Below, in pieces: positions 26,179 to 35,497 of a stretch of DNA of 39,054 nt (position 1 is its first letter; each line of letters begins with the position of its first letter). The notes under the pieces were generated by a model. It was not told the DNA's origin. It ran no database searches and saw nothing but the letters and a program-made list of their open reading frames with translations. The DNA comes from a virus (lineage: Duplodnaviria > Caudoviricetes), in the IMG/VR virus record IMGVR_UViG_3300014818_000016, positions 1 to 39,054 of that record. One strand, 5' to 3'. Position numbers and translations under genes: made by a program.

Positions 26179-26541
26179 ATGCTTGGTATAATCAAAAGCA
26201 TTTTTAGTGGTGGCGCTGTTAAGTCTGTAGAAAATATCGCTAAAGAGTGGATAGAGACAGATATAGAGCAGGCGGAAGCTAAAGCGTTAATGATCAAGAC
26301 TTTAGACCCTAATGGATTAATGCGTAGAGATATGGGTAAAAGGGTTACTGATTTATATACCTTGTATTTAATTACTACGCTGTTATTAATTGGGCTTGAG
26401 TCGCTTGGCTTTGGTGGTAATGAAATAGCAGCTGCAACCGTAAAAATAACCGACCTATTCACACCAATTACAACGCTGTTCGGGGCAATACTTACAGCTA
26501 GCTTTGGTGTTAATGGTGTAAATTCATATAAAGGGAAATAA
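26179..26541 (+). CDS. Holin-like membrane protein (3TM/GTA type)
   Basis: ET..E.AEAKA.M...LDPNG.MRR, two TM segments, ...FG C-terminus. Confidence 0.65.
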   Translation: MLGIIKSIFSGGAVKSVENIAKEWIETDIEQAEAKALMIKTLDPNGLMRRDMGKRVTDLYTLYLITTLLLIGLESLGFGGNEIAAATVKITDLFTPITTLFGAILTASFGVNGVNSYKGK

Positions 26542-26542
26542 C

Positions 26543-26668
26543 ATGGCCACGACAAAGAAAGTAAACAAAAAGCTTGCCGGTGCTGGTGCGTTTTACGGAG
26601 CTACAACGAAAACAAAGAAGTTAAAATCGACCGTATATAAGCCAAAGAAGAAAACTAGGAGCGCGTAA
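26543..26668 (+). CDS. 41-aa Lys-rich peptide (not in ORF track)
   Basis: MATTKKVNKKLAGAGAFYGATTKTKKLKSTVYKPKKKTRSA; TAATG coupling to next gene. Confidence 0.55.
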   Translation: MATTKKVNKKLAGAGAFYGATTKTKKLKSTVYKPKKKTRSA

Positions 26669-27144
26669 TGATTGATTCGCTGGCATTTATGCTGCCTATA
26701 TTGATATTGGTAGCGGCTGTTATTAAGCGCTCTGAAATGGCTTTATGGCTTGCTTTGATTACAGGCTTTGCAGCTATTATCGGTATGAGTGGCGCTCCGA
26801 TTGATAGTATTATTATATTCTTTGCTGGTGCTAATCTTATTCTGATGCTGGCAGGGTTTGCTAGTTGGAGAGTTAATAAGAATACACTACCTTTGCTTAT
26901 TGGGTTGCTTGCATCAATTAACGTGATAATGAACTTTACAAACTTAATTGCTTTGTTAAATACAGGATCGCTTCTCAATAGTGTTGGCATGGTTACTGGG
27001 TTTATTGGCTATACTCAGTTAATACTCGTTTGTATCATGGACGACAGCAAAGGTGTGCTAAATGAGTTGTTTAATGATGGTAGGAATTTGCTTTACCGCT
27101 CTATGCACATGGGTAGCAATAATAAAAACGGCGGGCATCATTAA
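26668..27144 (+). CDS. Polytopic membrane protein
   Basis: Four to five hydrophobic segments. Confidence 0.65.
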   Translation: MIDSLAFMLPILILVAAVIKRSEMALWLALITGFAAIIGMSGAPIDSIIIFFAGANLILMLAGFASWRVNKNTLPLLIGLLASINVIMNFTNLIALLNTGSLLNSVGMVTGFIGYTQLILVCIMDDSKGVLNELFNDGRNLLYRSMHMGSNNKNGGHH

Positions 27145-27356
27145 TGAATTCATTAAATACAGGTCACAACGGAACAAACTTCCTTCTTTACGTGATGACG
27201 ATGCTGGGGACATTCCTGACTGAGAACTGGTATCTAGTTATTATGGTCGTGTTCGGCTTGGTTCATGTTTATGTAGCATGGCAGCGTAATGTAAGAGAGC
27301 GCGAGCTTCATGATATTAAACTTGCAGCGGCAAAAGATGACTTGGTGGGCGGTTAA
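27144..27356 (+). CDS. Small holin-like membrane protein
   Basis: Two hydrophobic segments then charged tail RNVRERELH. Confidence 0.55.
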   Translation: MNSLNTGHNGTNFLLYVMTMLGTFLTENWYLVIMVVFGLVHVYVAWQRNVRERELHDIKLAAAKDDLVGG

Positions 27357-27614
27357 ATGAAATACATATTACTACTACTAATCAGCTTTAGCGCACTTGC
27401 TGACGACAATCACGAAGCAGAGCTTAAAGCAGCACTGGACCAGAATGACAAGTTGCTTTCTGAGCTAACCAAAGCTAATGACTTAACCGTTAATTATAAG
27501 CAGTACTTAGAGAACATTACTGATATGTGTCTAGGTGGTAATAACTTTGTCTCGCTCGGTAGTGATGGCTCAATATATCGATTTAGTTGCGATTTGGTAG
27601 AGGTGGTAAAGTGA
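27357..27614 (+). CDS. Secreted/periplasmic small protein
   Basis: Signal peptide MKYILLLLISFSALA, coiled coil, two Cys. Confidence 0.6.
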   Translation: MKYILLLLISFSALADDNHEAELKAALDQNDKLLSELTKANDLTVNYKQYLENITDMCLGGNNFVSLGSDGSIYRFSCDLVEVVK

Positions 27615-27687
27615 GTAGGCTAAAGGTCAGTCTGTTATTCTTTGGATTATTAAGCCTGTTGTTTTGGCTAGGTGTATTTATTGGATC

Positions 27688-27710
27688 AGCCCTTTAGTTA
27701 GGGCTTTTTT
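27688..27710 (+). terminator. Rho-independent terminator
   Basis: agccct-ttagtt-agggct followed by T-run. Confidence 0.8.
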
Positions 27711-27788
27711 ACGATTAGGGTAAATGTGTTAGAATATAGGAAATAAATGGTCAATGCTGGCAGGGCTAGCATATAGAACGGGGTTCGA

Positions 27789-28232
27789 ATGACTAAGCTC
27801 ACAGGCAAGCAAGATGCTTTTGTTAAGGAGTATATCCTTAATGGAGGGAACGCTACTCAGGCGGCGATTAAGGCGGGTTACAGTGAAAAATCAGCAGTAA
27901 AGACCGCTAGCGAAAACATGACAAAACCAGATATTCAGGAAGCGATAGCAAAGCACCGCGAATCACTGGAAAAAGAACACATCTGGAATAAGGAAAAGAA
28001 GCTTGAGTTATTGCAAAAAATAGCATCTGGCGGCATTCGTGATGTAGTAGATAAAGACGGAAACATGAAGATGGAAAATCCATCGGCTAGTGTTGCGGCA
28101 ATCAAAGAGCATAATCTAATGCAGGGTGATAATGCTCCAGTAGTTGAAGATGAAAAAGGTCAGTCTTTGAATATTACCTTTGATGTAAGAAACCCAGTGG
28201 GCGAAGTCAAAACAACTAATGCTCAGTCTTAG
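27789..28232 (+). CDS. terS: Terminase small subunit
   Basis: LT.KQ..FV.EY....NATQAAIKAGYS.K.A...ASEN..KP.I. Confidence 0.93.
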   Translation: MTKLTGKQDAFVKEYILNGGNATQAAIKAGYSEKSAVKTASENMTKPDIQEAIAKHRESLEKEHIWNKEKKLELLQKIASGGIRDVVDKDGNMKMENPSASVAAIKEHNLMQGDNAPVVEDEKGQSLNITFDVRNPVGEVKTTNAQS

Positions 28233-29478
28233 CAATCCTCAATCAATCTTCCTTAATGGCTTAAATACAAAGTATCGTGGCTATGTGGGTGGGTTTGGTT
28301 CTGGCAAAACATTTGTTGGATGCTTGGACTTACTGTTGTTCGCTGGTAAGCACCCAGGAACTAGAATGGGGTATTTTGGCCCAACGTATCCAGCCATTAG
28401 GGACATCTTCTTTCCTACATTTGAAGAAGCTGCTGCAATGCTTGGCTTTACTTGCGACATCAAAGAATCAAACAAAGAGGTGCATATTTATCGTGATGGC
28501 AAATACTACGGGACTGTTATTTGCCGATCAATGGATAATCCTGCCTCTATTGTCGGGTTTAAAATATCTAGGGCGTTAGTTGATGAGATTGATGTGCTCA
28601 AGGCAAAGAAAGCTGATGAGGCATGGAATAAGATTGTAGCCCGCCTGCGACTTGTTATACCTGGAGTGGAAAACTCTATCGGCGTAACTACAACGCCAGA
28701 AGGGTTTAAATTTGTTTATAATAAATTCGCCAATAATCCTACCAAGTCATATTCAATGGTTCAGGCTTCAACGTATGAGAATGAAGAGTTCTTGCCGCCT
28801 GATTACATAGCAACATTGCTAGAAACGTATCCCGATCAGCTTATAACTGCGTACCTTAAAGGGGACTTTGTAAACCTTACGTCTGGAACAATTTACCGAT
28901 CCTATGACCGTATTAAGCATAGAAGCTCAGAAACACTACAGGAAGGTGAGCCAGTATTCATAGGAATGGATTTCAATATTGATAAGATGGCTGCTACTGT
29001 TTACGTGCTGAGAGATAAGGCTTTTCATGCAGTAGGTCAGATTAAAGATGGTTACAACACACCAACCGTTGCTGATATGATAAAGCTTAGGTACAAGGAT
29101 AAAGGCCATAAGGTTATTATCTATCCTGATAGCTCAGGCAAGAACAGAACTCGCATGGGTGGTGCAAGCGAATCCGACATATCAATACTAAAGTCAGCGC
29201 CTTATAACTTTCAGTGCAGATTTAAGCCAACCAATCCAGCGGTAAAGGATAGAATAAACGCGACCAATGCGGCGTTTGAGAGTGGAAGGTTGTTTGTTAA
29301 TGATGAGTTATGTCCAGATGTTGCAGCTTGCTATGAGCAACAAACCTATGCTGAGAATGGCGAACCTGACAAGAGCGCGGGTAACGATCATCAAAATGAT
29401 GCTTCAACATACCCGATAGCTTACGAGCTACCAATACATAAGCCAGCTTCTAAAATAGATATAAGATTTGGCGCATAA
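28219..29478 (+). CDS. terL: Terminase large subunit
   Basis: Walker A GGFGSGKT, Walker B LVDE, TTTPEG, GMDFN, DH..DA. Confidence 0.95.
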   Translation: MLSLSNPQSIFLNGLNTKYRGYVGGFGSGKTFVGCLDLLLFAGKHPGTRMGYFGPTYPAIRDIFFPTFEEAAAMLGFTCDIKESNKEVHIYRDGKYYGTVICRSMDNPASIVGFKISRALVDEIDVLKAKKADEAWNKIVARLRLVIPGVENSIGVTTTPEGFKFVYNKFANNPTKSYSMVQASTYENEEFLPPDYIATLLETYPDQLITAYLKGDFVNLTSGTIYRSYDRIKHRSSETLQEGEPVFIGMDFNIDKMAATVYVLRDKAFHAVGQIKDGYNTPTVADMIKLRYKDKGHKVIIYPDSSGKNRTRMGGASESDISILKSAPYNFQCRFKPTNPAVKDRINATNAAFESGRLFVNDELCPDVAACYEQQTYAENGEPDKSAGNDHQNDASTYPIAYELPIHKPASKIDIRFGA

Positions 29479-29530
29479 CATAAATAAAACCAATGTGCTA
29501 ACATAACGAAAACATAAATGGGCTAGATGA

Positions 29531-30910
29531 ATGGCTAACGTAAAATACACAAATACAGAATATGTAGCTAAGGCTGATAACTGGGCCAAAACTCGGCTAG
29601 CCTGTAGCGCAAACGGAATTAAAGATGCTGGCACCTTATATTTGCCAATGGCGCTGGATAAAGACCAAGATAAATACACTGCATATAAGAAGCGCGCATT
29701 ATTCCTTGGTGTAACTGGTCGCACTCGGTCTGCATTAGTTGGGGCCGCCTTTCGTGTTGAGCCTACATTTGTTGAAGACTTGCCAAGCCAGTTGGATTTT
29801 ATCACCAGTGATTTTGACGGGTCAGGCGTATCAATTGACCAAGTAGCTAAGCGAATGGTTAGCGAGATTCAAACAGTTGGCCGTAATGGTTTGATGGTTG
29901 ATTTTCCAACGGTGCCAGAAGGCGCAAGCCGTGAAGATGAGTTAAATCTAGGTGTTCATCCATTTGCAGCAAGCTATACGGCTGAATCGATTATTAACTG
30001 GGAAGAAACGAAAGTTAATGGCAAAACTCAGCTTTCAATGGTTGTGCTCAAAGAGGTGACTCAAGAGGCCAGAGAAGGTGAAGAGTTTGAAAAGGAAGCA
30101 GTAACACGCTATCGATCACTACAGCTTATTGGTGGTTTGTATGTTGTCCGCTTGTGGGATTCAGAAGGTGAGTTAATTGGCGAGCCTTCAGAGCCTAGAA
30201 TTAATGGCGTGCGACTTGATTACATTCCTTTCTATTTCACTGGCTCAGAAGACAATAAGGCTTCAGTTGATGAGATACCGCTAGAGCCGATAGCAGAGAT
30301 TAACATTGGTCACTATCGCAACTCTGCCGACTTCGAGAAGAATCTTTATATTCACTCGGGTGGCACAATGGTTGTTATGTCCTCTATGGACTCAGCAGAA
30401 TGGAAAGAAGTTAATCCTAACGGCGTTGTAGTGGGTGCTGATAGCGGCATTAAGTTAATGCAAGGCGATGATGCCAAGCTATTGCAATTGGAGCCTGCAA
30501 GCGCTGTTAACGAGGCAATGATTCGTAAAGAAGAGCAGATGATTTCTATCGGTGCTCGAATGATTACCTCGGGCAACATAAACGAGACAGCAGAGGCGGC
30601 TAGAATATCTGCCAGCTCTGAAACTTCAACACTTAGTACAATCGTTGGAAATATTGAAGAAACTTTGAATCGGGCACTGGCTGTAATGGCCGAGGCATTG
30701 AAGGTTGATGCTCCAGTGTATTCAATGAATCGTGATTTCTTTGACTCTAAGCTAACTGCTCAAGAGTTTATGGCAATCAATGTAATGTATGACGCTGGCC
30801 ACATTGCTAGATCAGACGTTAAGAATGTATTGCGTAAATCTGGAATTGTTGGTGCAGAGCGTACTGATAAAGACATTGATGATGAGAATTTGAGCGCTAG
30901 CCCTGTATGA
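29531..30910 (+). CDS. Portal protein (DUF4055 type)
   Basis: YLP, Y..Y..RA.F..VT.RT, Y.AE.IINW, N.GHYRNSAD motifs; follows terL. Confidence 0.9.
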   Translation: MANVKYTNTEYVAKADNWAKTRLACSANGIKDAGTLYLPMALDKDQDKYTAYKKRALFLGVTGRTRSALVGAAFRVEPTFVEDLPSQLDFITSDFDGSGVSIDQVAKRMVSEIQTVGRNGLMVDFPTVPEGASREDELNLGVHPFAASYTAESIINWEETKVNGKTQLSMVVLKEVTQEAREGEEFEKEAVTRYRSLQLIGGLYVVRLWDSEGELIGEPSEPRINGVRLDYIPFYFTGSEDNKASVDEIPLEPIAEINIGHYRNSADFEKNLYIHSGGTMVVMSSMDSAEWKEVNPNGVVVGADSGIKLMQGDDAKLLQLEPASAVNEAMIRKEEQMISIGARMITSGNINETAEAARISASSETSTLSTIVGNIEETLNRALAVMAEALKVDAPVYSMNRDFFDSKLTAQEFMAINVMYDAGHIARSDVKNVLRKSGIVGAERTDKDIDDENLSASPV

Positions 30911-31869
30911 GTACTACAGGCTATTTAATAGACGCAACCACTAGACACGCAATATTCGTTGAGAGATACGGCCACGGGCGATATAACGACCTAGAGCCAA
31001 TCTTGAATGATATGCGCGATAAGCTGGTGGCTAGGTTGTCTAGTGAGAACCTAACAGACTTTCAGTTCTTTCGCGCTCAGGCCTTATTAGCTGACATCGA
31101 TGACATAATGGCTCAGTCATTCCAGCAATTCGAACTAGATTTGAATGGCTATATTAGCGAGTTCTCAGAATACGAAGCAGGCTTTAACTCTCGAATGTTG
31201 CAAGGTGCTGTAAAGGTTGAGGTGGATATTCCAGCTATTGAGCAACTAAACGCAGCTATCAATAATACCGACATGGTATTAACTCAGCAGAGTGGCGCAG
31301 TTCAGCGGATGACGATTAATGAAGCTATTGATCAATTCAGCGTTAAGAAGTCCCAAGAGATTAGAGGCTTAATCAATCAAGGGCTTATCGCTGGTGAAAC
31401 TACTGATGAGATAACACGCAAGGTTTCACGCACTGTCAATAAGCGAACTAAGGCGCAGGCTAGGTCTTTGGTATCCACTACGATTAGCGCAACGTCTAAC
31501 CAAGCGCACAACCAAACTGCTAGGGCTAATAGTGATGTATTGCGAGGCGAGCAGATAATAGCGACCTTAGACAGCCATACAAGCGACATCTGCATTAGTG
31601 CTGATAAAACTATTTGGACAGTGGATGAAGGCCCATTTCCGCCGCTTCACTGGGCTTGCCGGAGCCTTAGAGTGATGTTAGTCGAGCAGAAATACGCTAT
31701 ACCAGGACTAGAGGGCACTAGAGCCAGTGAGTCTGGACAAGTATCATCTAATCTTAGTTATCGAGGTTGGCTAAAACTTCAGCCAAAAGAGGTGAGGGAA
31801 CGGGTCAACATAAAGAAAACCTACTCCCTTCAAGAGCTTGCGGCATTGGAGCCAGTTACTTTTCTTTAG
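30907..31869 (+). CDS. Minor head morphogenesis protein (SPP1 gp7/Mu gpF-like)
   Basis: ATLD..TS.IC...D....PPLH..CRS motif. Confidence 0.88.
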   Translation: MSTTGYLIDATTRHAIFVERYGHGRYNDLEPILNDMRDKLVARLSSENLTDFQFFRAQALLADIDDIMAQSFQQFELDLNGYISEFSEYEAGFNSRMLQGAVKVEVDIPAIEQLNAAINNTDMVLTQQSGAVQRMTINEAIDQFSVKKSQEIRGLINQGLIAGETTDEITRKVSRTVNKRTKAQARSLVSTTISATSNQAHNQTARANSDVLRGEQIIATLDSHTSDICISADKTIWTVDEGPFPPLHWACRSLRVMLVEQKYAIPGLEGTRASESGQVSSNLSYRGWLKLQPKEVRERVNIKKTYSLQELAALEPVTFL

Positions 31870-32065
31870 GGTGCTTTAGCTTTTCTATTATGTCGCGAGT
31901 TACTGGCACTGCACTACGAATTGATATAATAAGGAAATCATCCACGCCAAGGTCGTCCGCCTCCTTTAGATGAGCCTCAACATCAAATGAGTATCTTCTT
32001 AATGCTGTATTTATTACCGCAACCTCATCATCCGTAAAAGTAAAAGTAAAAGTAAAAGTGTTCAT
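31856..32065 (-). CDS. Hypothetical protein (reverse cassette)
   Basis: 69 aa; ATGA coupling; N-terminal FT repeat. Confidence 0.55.
   Translation of the reverse strand: MNTFTFTFTFTDDEVAVINTALRRYSFDVEAHLKEADDLGVDDFLIISIRSAVPVTRDIIEKLKHPKEK
32034..32059. repeat. GTAAAA x4 tandem repeat
   Basis: Read directly; encodes (FT)4 on the minus strand. Confidence 0.85.
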
Positions 32066-32280
32066 TTTGACTCCGCATAAGTACTATCGTTAACTTCTTT
32101 GTACGATCTTGGTTTGGTCTTAATGCCAACGCTCTTTAGCTTCTCGATCTTGCCGCCACAGGCCTTGAATTCGGCTATTTCGGCCTTAATCTCGGCTTCT
32201 TCCTTATGCTTAATTGTGTGATTGATTGGCGGTTTGGCATTCGTGCACATTCGGGTATTTCTGATTGCTTCTAAGTTCAC
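32062..32280 (-). CDS. Hypothetical protein (reverse cassette)
   Basis: I...IAEF.A.GGKI..L motif, reminiscent of SutA-like small proteins. Confidence 0.55.
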   Translation of the reverse strand: MNLEAIRNTRMCTNAKPPINHTIKHKEEAEIKAEIAEFKACGGKIEKLKSVGIKTKPRSYKEVNDSTYAESK

Positions 32281-32450
32281 TATTCATCACCTCTTAATAC
32301 AGCCAATAACTGGCCGTTTCGTTTAATTGCTACAATCAACCCTTTCTTATCATAAAGCAGCTCACCCTCTCGGATGGCATCTTTGCGAATGTGAAGGGTT
32401 GACTTTCTTTGGTTGTGTGCCTCAAGCCAAGGCGATGGGTCGATTGCCAC
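32280..32450 (-). CDS. 56-aa hypothetical protein (not in ORF track)
   Basis: GTG start; fills the gap between neighbouring minus-strand genes. Confidence 0.45.
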   Translation of the reverse strand: MAIDPSPWLEAHNQRKSTLHIRKDAIREGELLYDKKGLIVAIKRNGQLLAVLRGDE

Positions 32451-32452
32451 TA

Positions 32453-32638
32453 CTATTGGACAAATCTAAGAAAGCAAACCCACGCGAAGAATAGACCAGC
32501 AATAATTAGCGTGAAAATATCTTGTCCTAATGATGTTTTCTGAACTCTTGGATATTCGCCGCACACGTATATAGACCTAATAACTAAGCCAATTATTCCT
32601 AGCCAAAAAGCAACCTGTAAATAAGTATCAATACCCAT
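32453..32638 (-). CDS. Two-TM small membrane protein (reverse cassette)
   Basis: Two hydrophobic helices around YPR; RBS aggag. Confidence 0.65.
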   Translation of the reverse strand: MGIDTYLQVAFWLGIIGLVIRSIYVCGEYPRVQKTSLGQDIFTLIIAGLFFAWVCFLRFVQ

Positions 32639-32812
32639 AATCTATCTCCTAATTAATGTCAATTAACCATAATCCAGCCCAATCCATTAGGCTAATCACA
32701 ATCATGAATAGCTAAAATTCAGCAAATAAATGGCCACACTATTGACTTGGCCGCTTTTTGTGTATAATGAAATTCAACGGGGCTGGGCCTCACTAAAAGA
32801 ACTGGGTTCTGA

Positions 32813-33433
32813 ATGACTGATAAAACGTACACGCAAGAAGAAGTTGAGGCTTTAGTGGCTGAGAAATTAGCGGCTGAAACTGAAGGCTTGAAGAAAAAGA
32901 ATGAAGAATTGCTAACTGAAAAGAAGCAAGTATCTCAAAAGTTAACCGATTTTGAAGTGGCGCAGAAGCAGTCAGAAGATGACGGTTTAAAGCAGCGTGA
33001 AGAGTTCAAAGAACTGTATGAGCGTTCAGAAGCAACGAACAAAGAATTACGCGAAACTATCATTGCTAAAGATGAGAAAGAGCGCAAAGACGCTTTAACA
33101 CTGGCAACGGTTGAGTTGAGTGGTTCGCTTACCCGTGATACGACAAAGGCGGGGCTATTAGCAGAGCAGGCGGCAAAGTATGCAACCTATGTTGATGGCA
33201 AAGTAATTTACGAGATTGGCGGCGTTGAGGTTGACGCGACTGGACTGAAAGAACATTTAACTAGTGGCTTCGGCTTCTTAGTAGATGGTAGCGGTAATAC
33301 TGGAAGCGGGGCTTCTGGTAATCAAGGCGGCGGGGCTGTCACTAAGAAGTTTAACGAACACACAGCAGCAGAATTAAAGTCCATCAAGGACAATGATCCT
33401 GCTAAATATGAAGCACTACGACAAACACGATAA
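32813..33433 (+). CDS. Capsid scaffolding protein
   Basis: TYTQEEV...E..GLK.KN.ELL.EKK coiled coil, GSGA.G..GGG linker; upstream of capsid gene. Confidence 0.85.
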   Translation: MTDKTYTQEEVEALVAEKLAAETEGLKKKNEELLTEKKQVSQKLTDFEVAQKQSEDDGLKQREEFKELYERSEATNKELRETIIAKDEKERKDALTLATVELSGSLTRDTTKAGLLAEQAAKYATYVDGKVIYEIGGVEVDATGLKEHLTSGFGFLVDGSGNTGSGASGNQGGGAVTKKFNEHTAAELKSIKDNDPAKYEALRQTR

Positions 33434-33443
33434 GGAGCCCTAA

Positions 33444-34454
33444 ATGGCTACTACACAACTAGTTGACATCATTGATGTTACTATTTTCCAAGACTTACCC
33501 GCTGTCAATTCACCAGAAAAGACGGCTTTCTTTGAATCTGGCGCGGTTTTACGCTCACCTATGCTTGATGACTTAGCATTAGGCCCGGGTAAAAAGGCTG
33601 AACTTCCATACTGGAACGACATTGACGCTGCTATTGAAGCAAACCTATCTAGTGATGATCCAGCCGCTATTGCAGCAGCTCAGAAGATTACACAAGGCGA
33701 GCAGAGCACACGCAAAGCGATGCTAAACAAGGGGCTATCGGCCTCTGACTTAGCAAGTGAGCTAGCAATGGGCGAAAACGCCATGCAGCACATTCGCAAC
33801 CGTACCGACAAGTATTGGACTCGCCAATGGCAGCGCCGTTTAATTGCATCTTGTGACGGTGTGTTAGCGGATAACGTGGCGAACGATTCTGGTGACATGG
33901 TTCATGATGTTGCATCAGAAACTATTGCGGGCCAATCAGCGGCGACCAAGTGGTCACGCGGTAACTTCACCAGCGCAGCATTCACTCTAGGTGATGCGTT
34001 TAATAACACTGGTGCTATTGCTGTTCACTCTGCCGTATATAAGCAGATGGTAGACGCTGACGACATCGACTTTATTCCTGACTCTCAAGGTACAATGACA
34101 ATTCCAACCTTTATGGGTAAGCGCGTTGTTGTTGACGATGGCATGACGGTTACGGCTGGTGCGACTGACGGCTTCAAATATACCACTGTGTTATTTGGCG
34201 AAGGTGCATTTGGTTACGGCAAAGGTATGGCTGAATTCCCAGTTGAGCTACAGCGCGCTGAATCAGGCGGCAACGGTGGCGGTATTAGCACCTTATGGAC
34301 TCGCGAGACTTTCTTGCTGCATCCATTGGGCTTCCAGTCAACTGGCACTCCAACAGATGACTCTTTCAGCATTGCTGAATTGAAGCTTGCAACCTCCTGG
34401 GATCGTGTGATTTCAAGAAAGCTCATCCCTCTAGCATTTTTGATTTGCAACTAA
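33444..34454 (+). CDS. Major capsid protein
   Basis: T.L.DII, F..SG, LP.W.D, AVHS.VY..M, F.GKRV.VDD and HP.GF motifs. Confidence 0.92.
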   Translation: MATTQLVDIIDVTIFQDLPAVNSPEKTAFFESGAVLRSPMLDDLALGPGKKAELPYWNDIDAAIEANLSSDDPAAIAAAQKITQGEQSTRKAMLNKGLSASDLASELAMGENAMQHIRNRTDKYWTRQWQRRLIASCDGVLADNVANDSGDMVHDVASETIAGQSAATKWSRGNFTSAAFTLGDAFNNTGAIAVHSAVYKQMVDADDIDFIPDSQGTMTIPTFMGKRVVVDDGMTVTAGATDGFKYTTVLFGEGAFGYGKGMAEFPVELQRAESGGNGGGISTLWTRETFLLHPLGFQSTGTPTDDSFSIAELKLATSWDRVISRKLIPLAFLICN

Positions 34455-34492
34455 AGACTAATTAGATTTAGTTTTAGGATGATGTTACTATT

Positions 34493-34524
34493 ACCCCTTG
34501 AGATAATATCAATAGGGGTTTTTT
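34493..34524 (+). terminator. Hairpin/terminator overlapping the HNH ribosome-binding region
   Basis: acccct-ttga...tcaa-t-aggggt plus T-run ending right before ATG 34525. Confidence 0.65.
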
Positions 34525-35313
34525 ATGAAGTACGAAAAAGGAATGAGATGGAATAGCCTTACGCTTATGTCTGACTTATCAGGCGGAGACTGTTTTAAAT
34601 CCACTTATAAATCTGTATTTATGTGTGACTGTGGGCTTAATCACTTTGCAACATTGAATAACGTCACCAATAGCGTAGTTAAATTCTGCTCTGCTTGTAG
34701 TGCGGCCAAGAAGTCTAAAAATAAAAAGACGCATGGTAATTCCATGTCATTTAAGGATAGGAATCCGCGTGGCTATAACTGCTATACAAGATGGCAGGCA
34801 ATGAAGCGAAGATGCAACAATCCAAATGATAAGCGCTTTTCTGATTACGGTGGTCGAGGCATTAAGGTTTGTGATAGATGGTTAGAATCGTATGAGAATT
34901 TTCTTGCCGATATGGGCCTACCTCCTGAGATTAGTTATCAAATAGATAGAGTTGACAATAATCTTGGCTACAGTGCCGAAAACTGCAAATGGGTTACAAG
35001 AACGGAAAACGCCAGAAACAAACGCAATAATAGATTGATTGAAGTTGATGGTGAGATAAAAACTCTTTCCGAATGGGCGGAGTTGAACGGTATTGATCGC
35101 AAGACCATAACCAATAGGATTAAGGCTGGCATAAGCCCAAAGAAAGCAATGGATTCGAACGCTAATTTTTCCCAGTATATATACCAGACTCCTAATGGTG
35201 AGTTTGATAGTTTGAGTAAAGCGGCTAAGTCAGTTAAAATGTCAATAAGTGGAATTAATGGCAGGTTCATTAATCCTAAATACAAAGAATGGGTGAAGCA
35301 TGAAAGAACCTAA
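34525..35313 (+). CDS. Free-standing HNH homing endonuclease
   Basis: W..MK.RC.NP....YGGRGI.VC.RW...F..DMG...IDR.DN..GY...NC.W.T...N..N motif. Confidence 0.9.
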   Translation: MKYEKGMRWNSLTLMSDLSGGDCFKSTYKSVFMCDCGLNHFATLNNVTNSVVKFCSACSAAKKSKNKKTHGNSMSFKDRNPRGYNCYTRWQAMKRRCNNPNDKRFSDYGGRGIKVCDRWLESYENFLADMGLPPEISYQIDRVDNNLGYSAENCKWVTRTENARNKRNNRLIEVDGEIKTLSEWAELNGIDRKTITNRIKAGISPKKAMDSNANFSQYIYQTPNGEFDSLSKAAKSVKMSISGINGRFINPKYKEWVKHERT

Positions 35314-35497
35314 GCTAAATAATGACGGCCTAATACCAGGTCAAGAGGTTGATTTTGCAACCTTGATGAAAATCAACAACAAACATAAATCTGAGGCTGC
35401 AAAAAATGGCAATATCACTAAACAGCCCAAAGTACGCGGACGTAAACAGCCTAGCGTATCAGATGCACAAGAAGCAGCAGGATCGAAAGAAGCGTAG
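35300..35497 (+). CDS. Small head-associated protein
   Basis: LN.DGL.PGQ.VDF..L motif; position after capsid/HNH genes. Confidence 0.55.
   Translation: MKEPKLNNDGLIPGQEVDFATLMKINNKHKSEAAKNGNITKQPKVRGRKQPSVSDAQEAAGSKEA

Noticed and set aside
34023-34046. GTTCACTCTGCCGTATATAAGCAG resembles a type I-F CRISPR repeat (possible RNA anti-CRISPR)
   Set aside because: Needs insertions to align, the stem is imperfect, and it encodes the conserved capsid motif VHSAVYKQ; single copy, no array.
35401-35407. A AAA AAT slippery-like heptamer at the 35300/35406 gene overlap
   Set aside because: The -1 frame stops within five codons and the downstream gene is in the +1 frame, so no fusion results.
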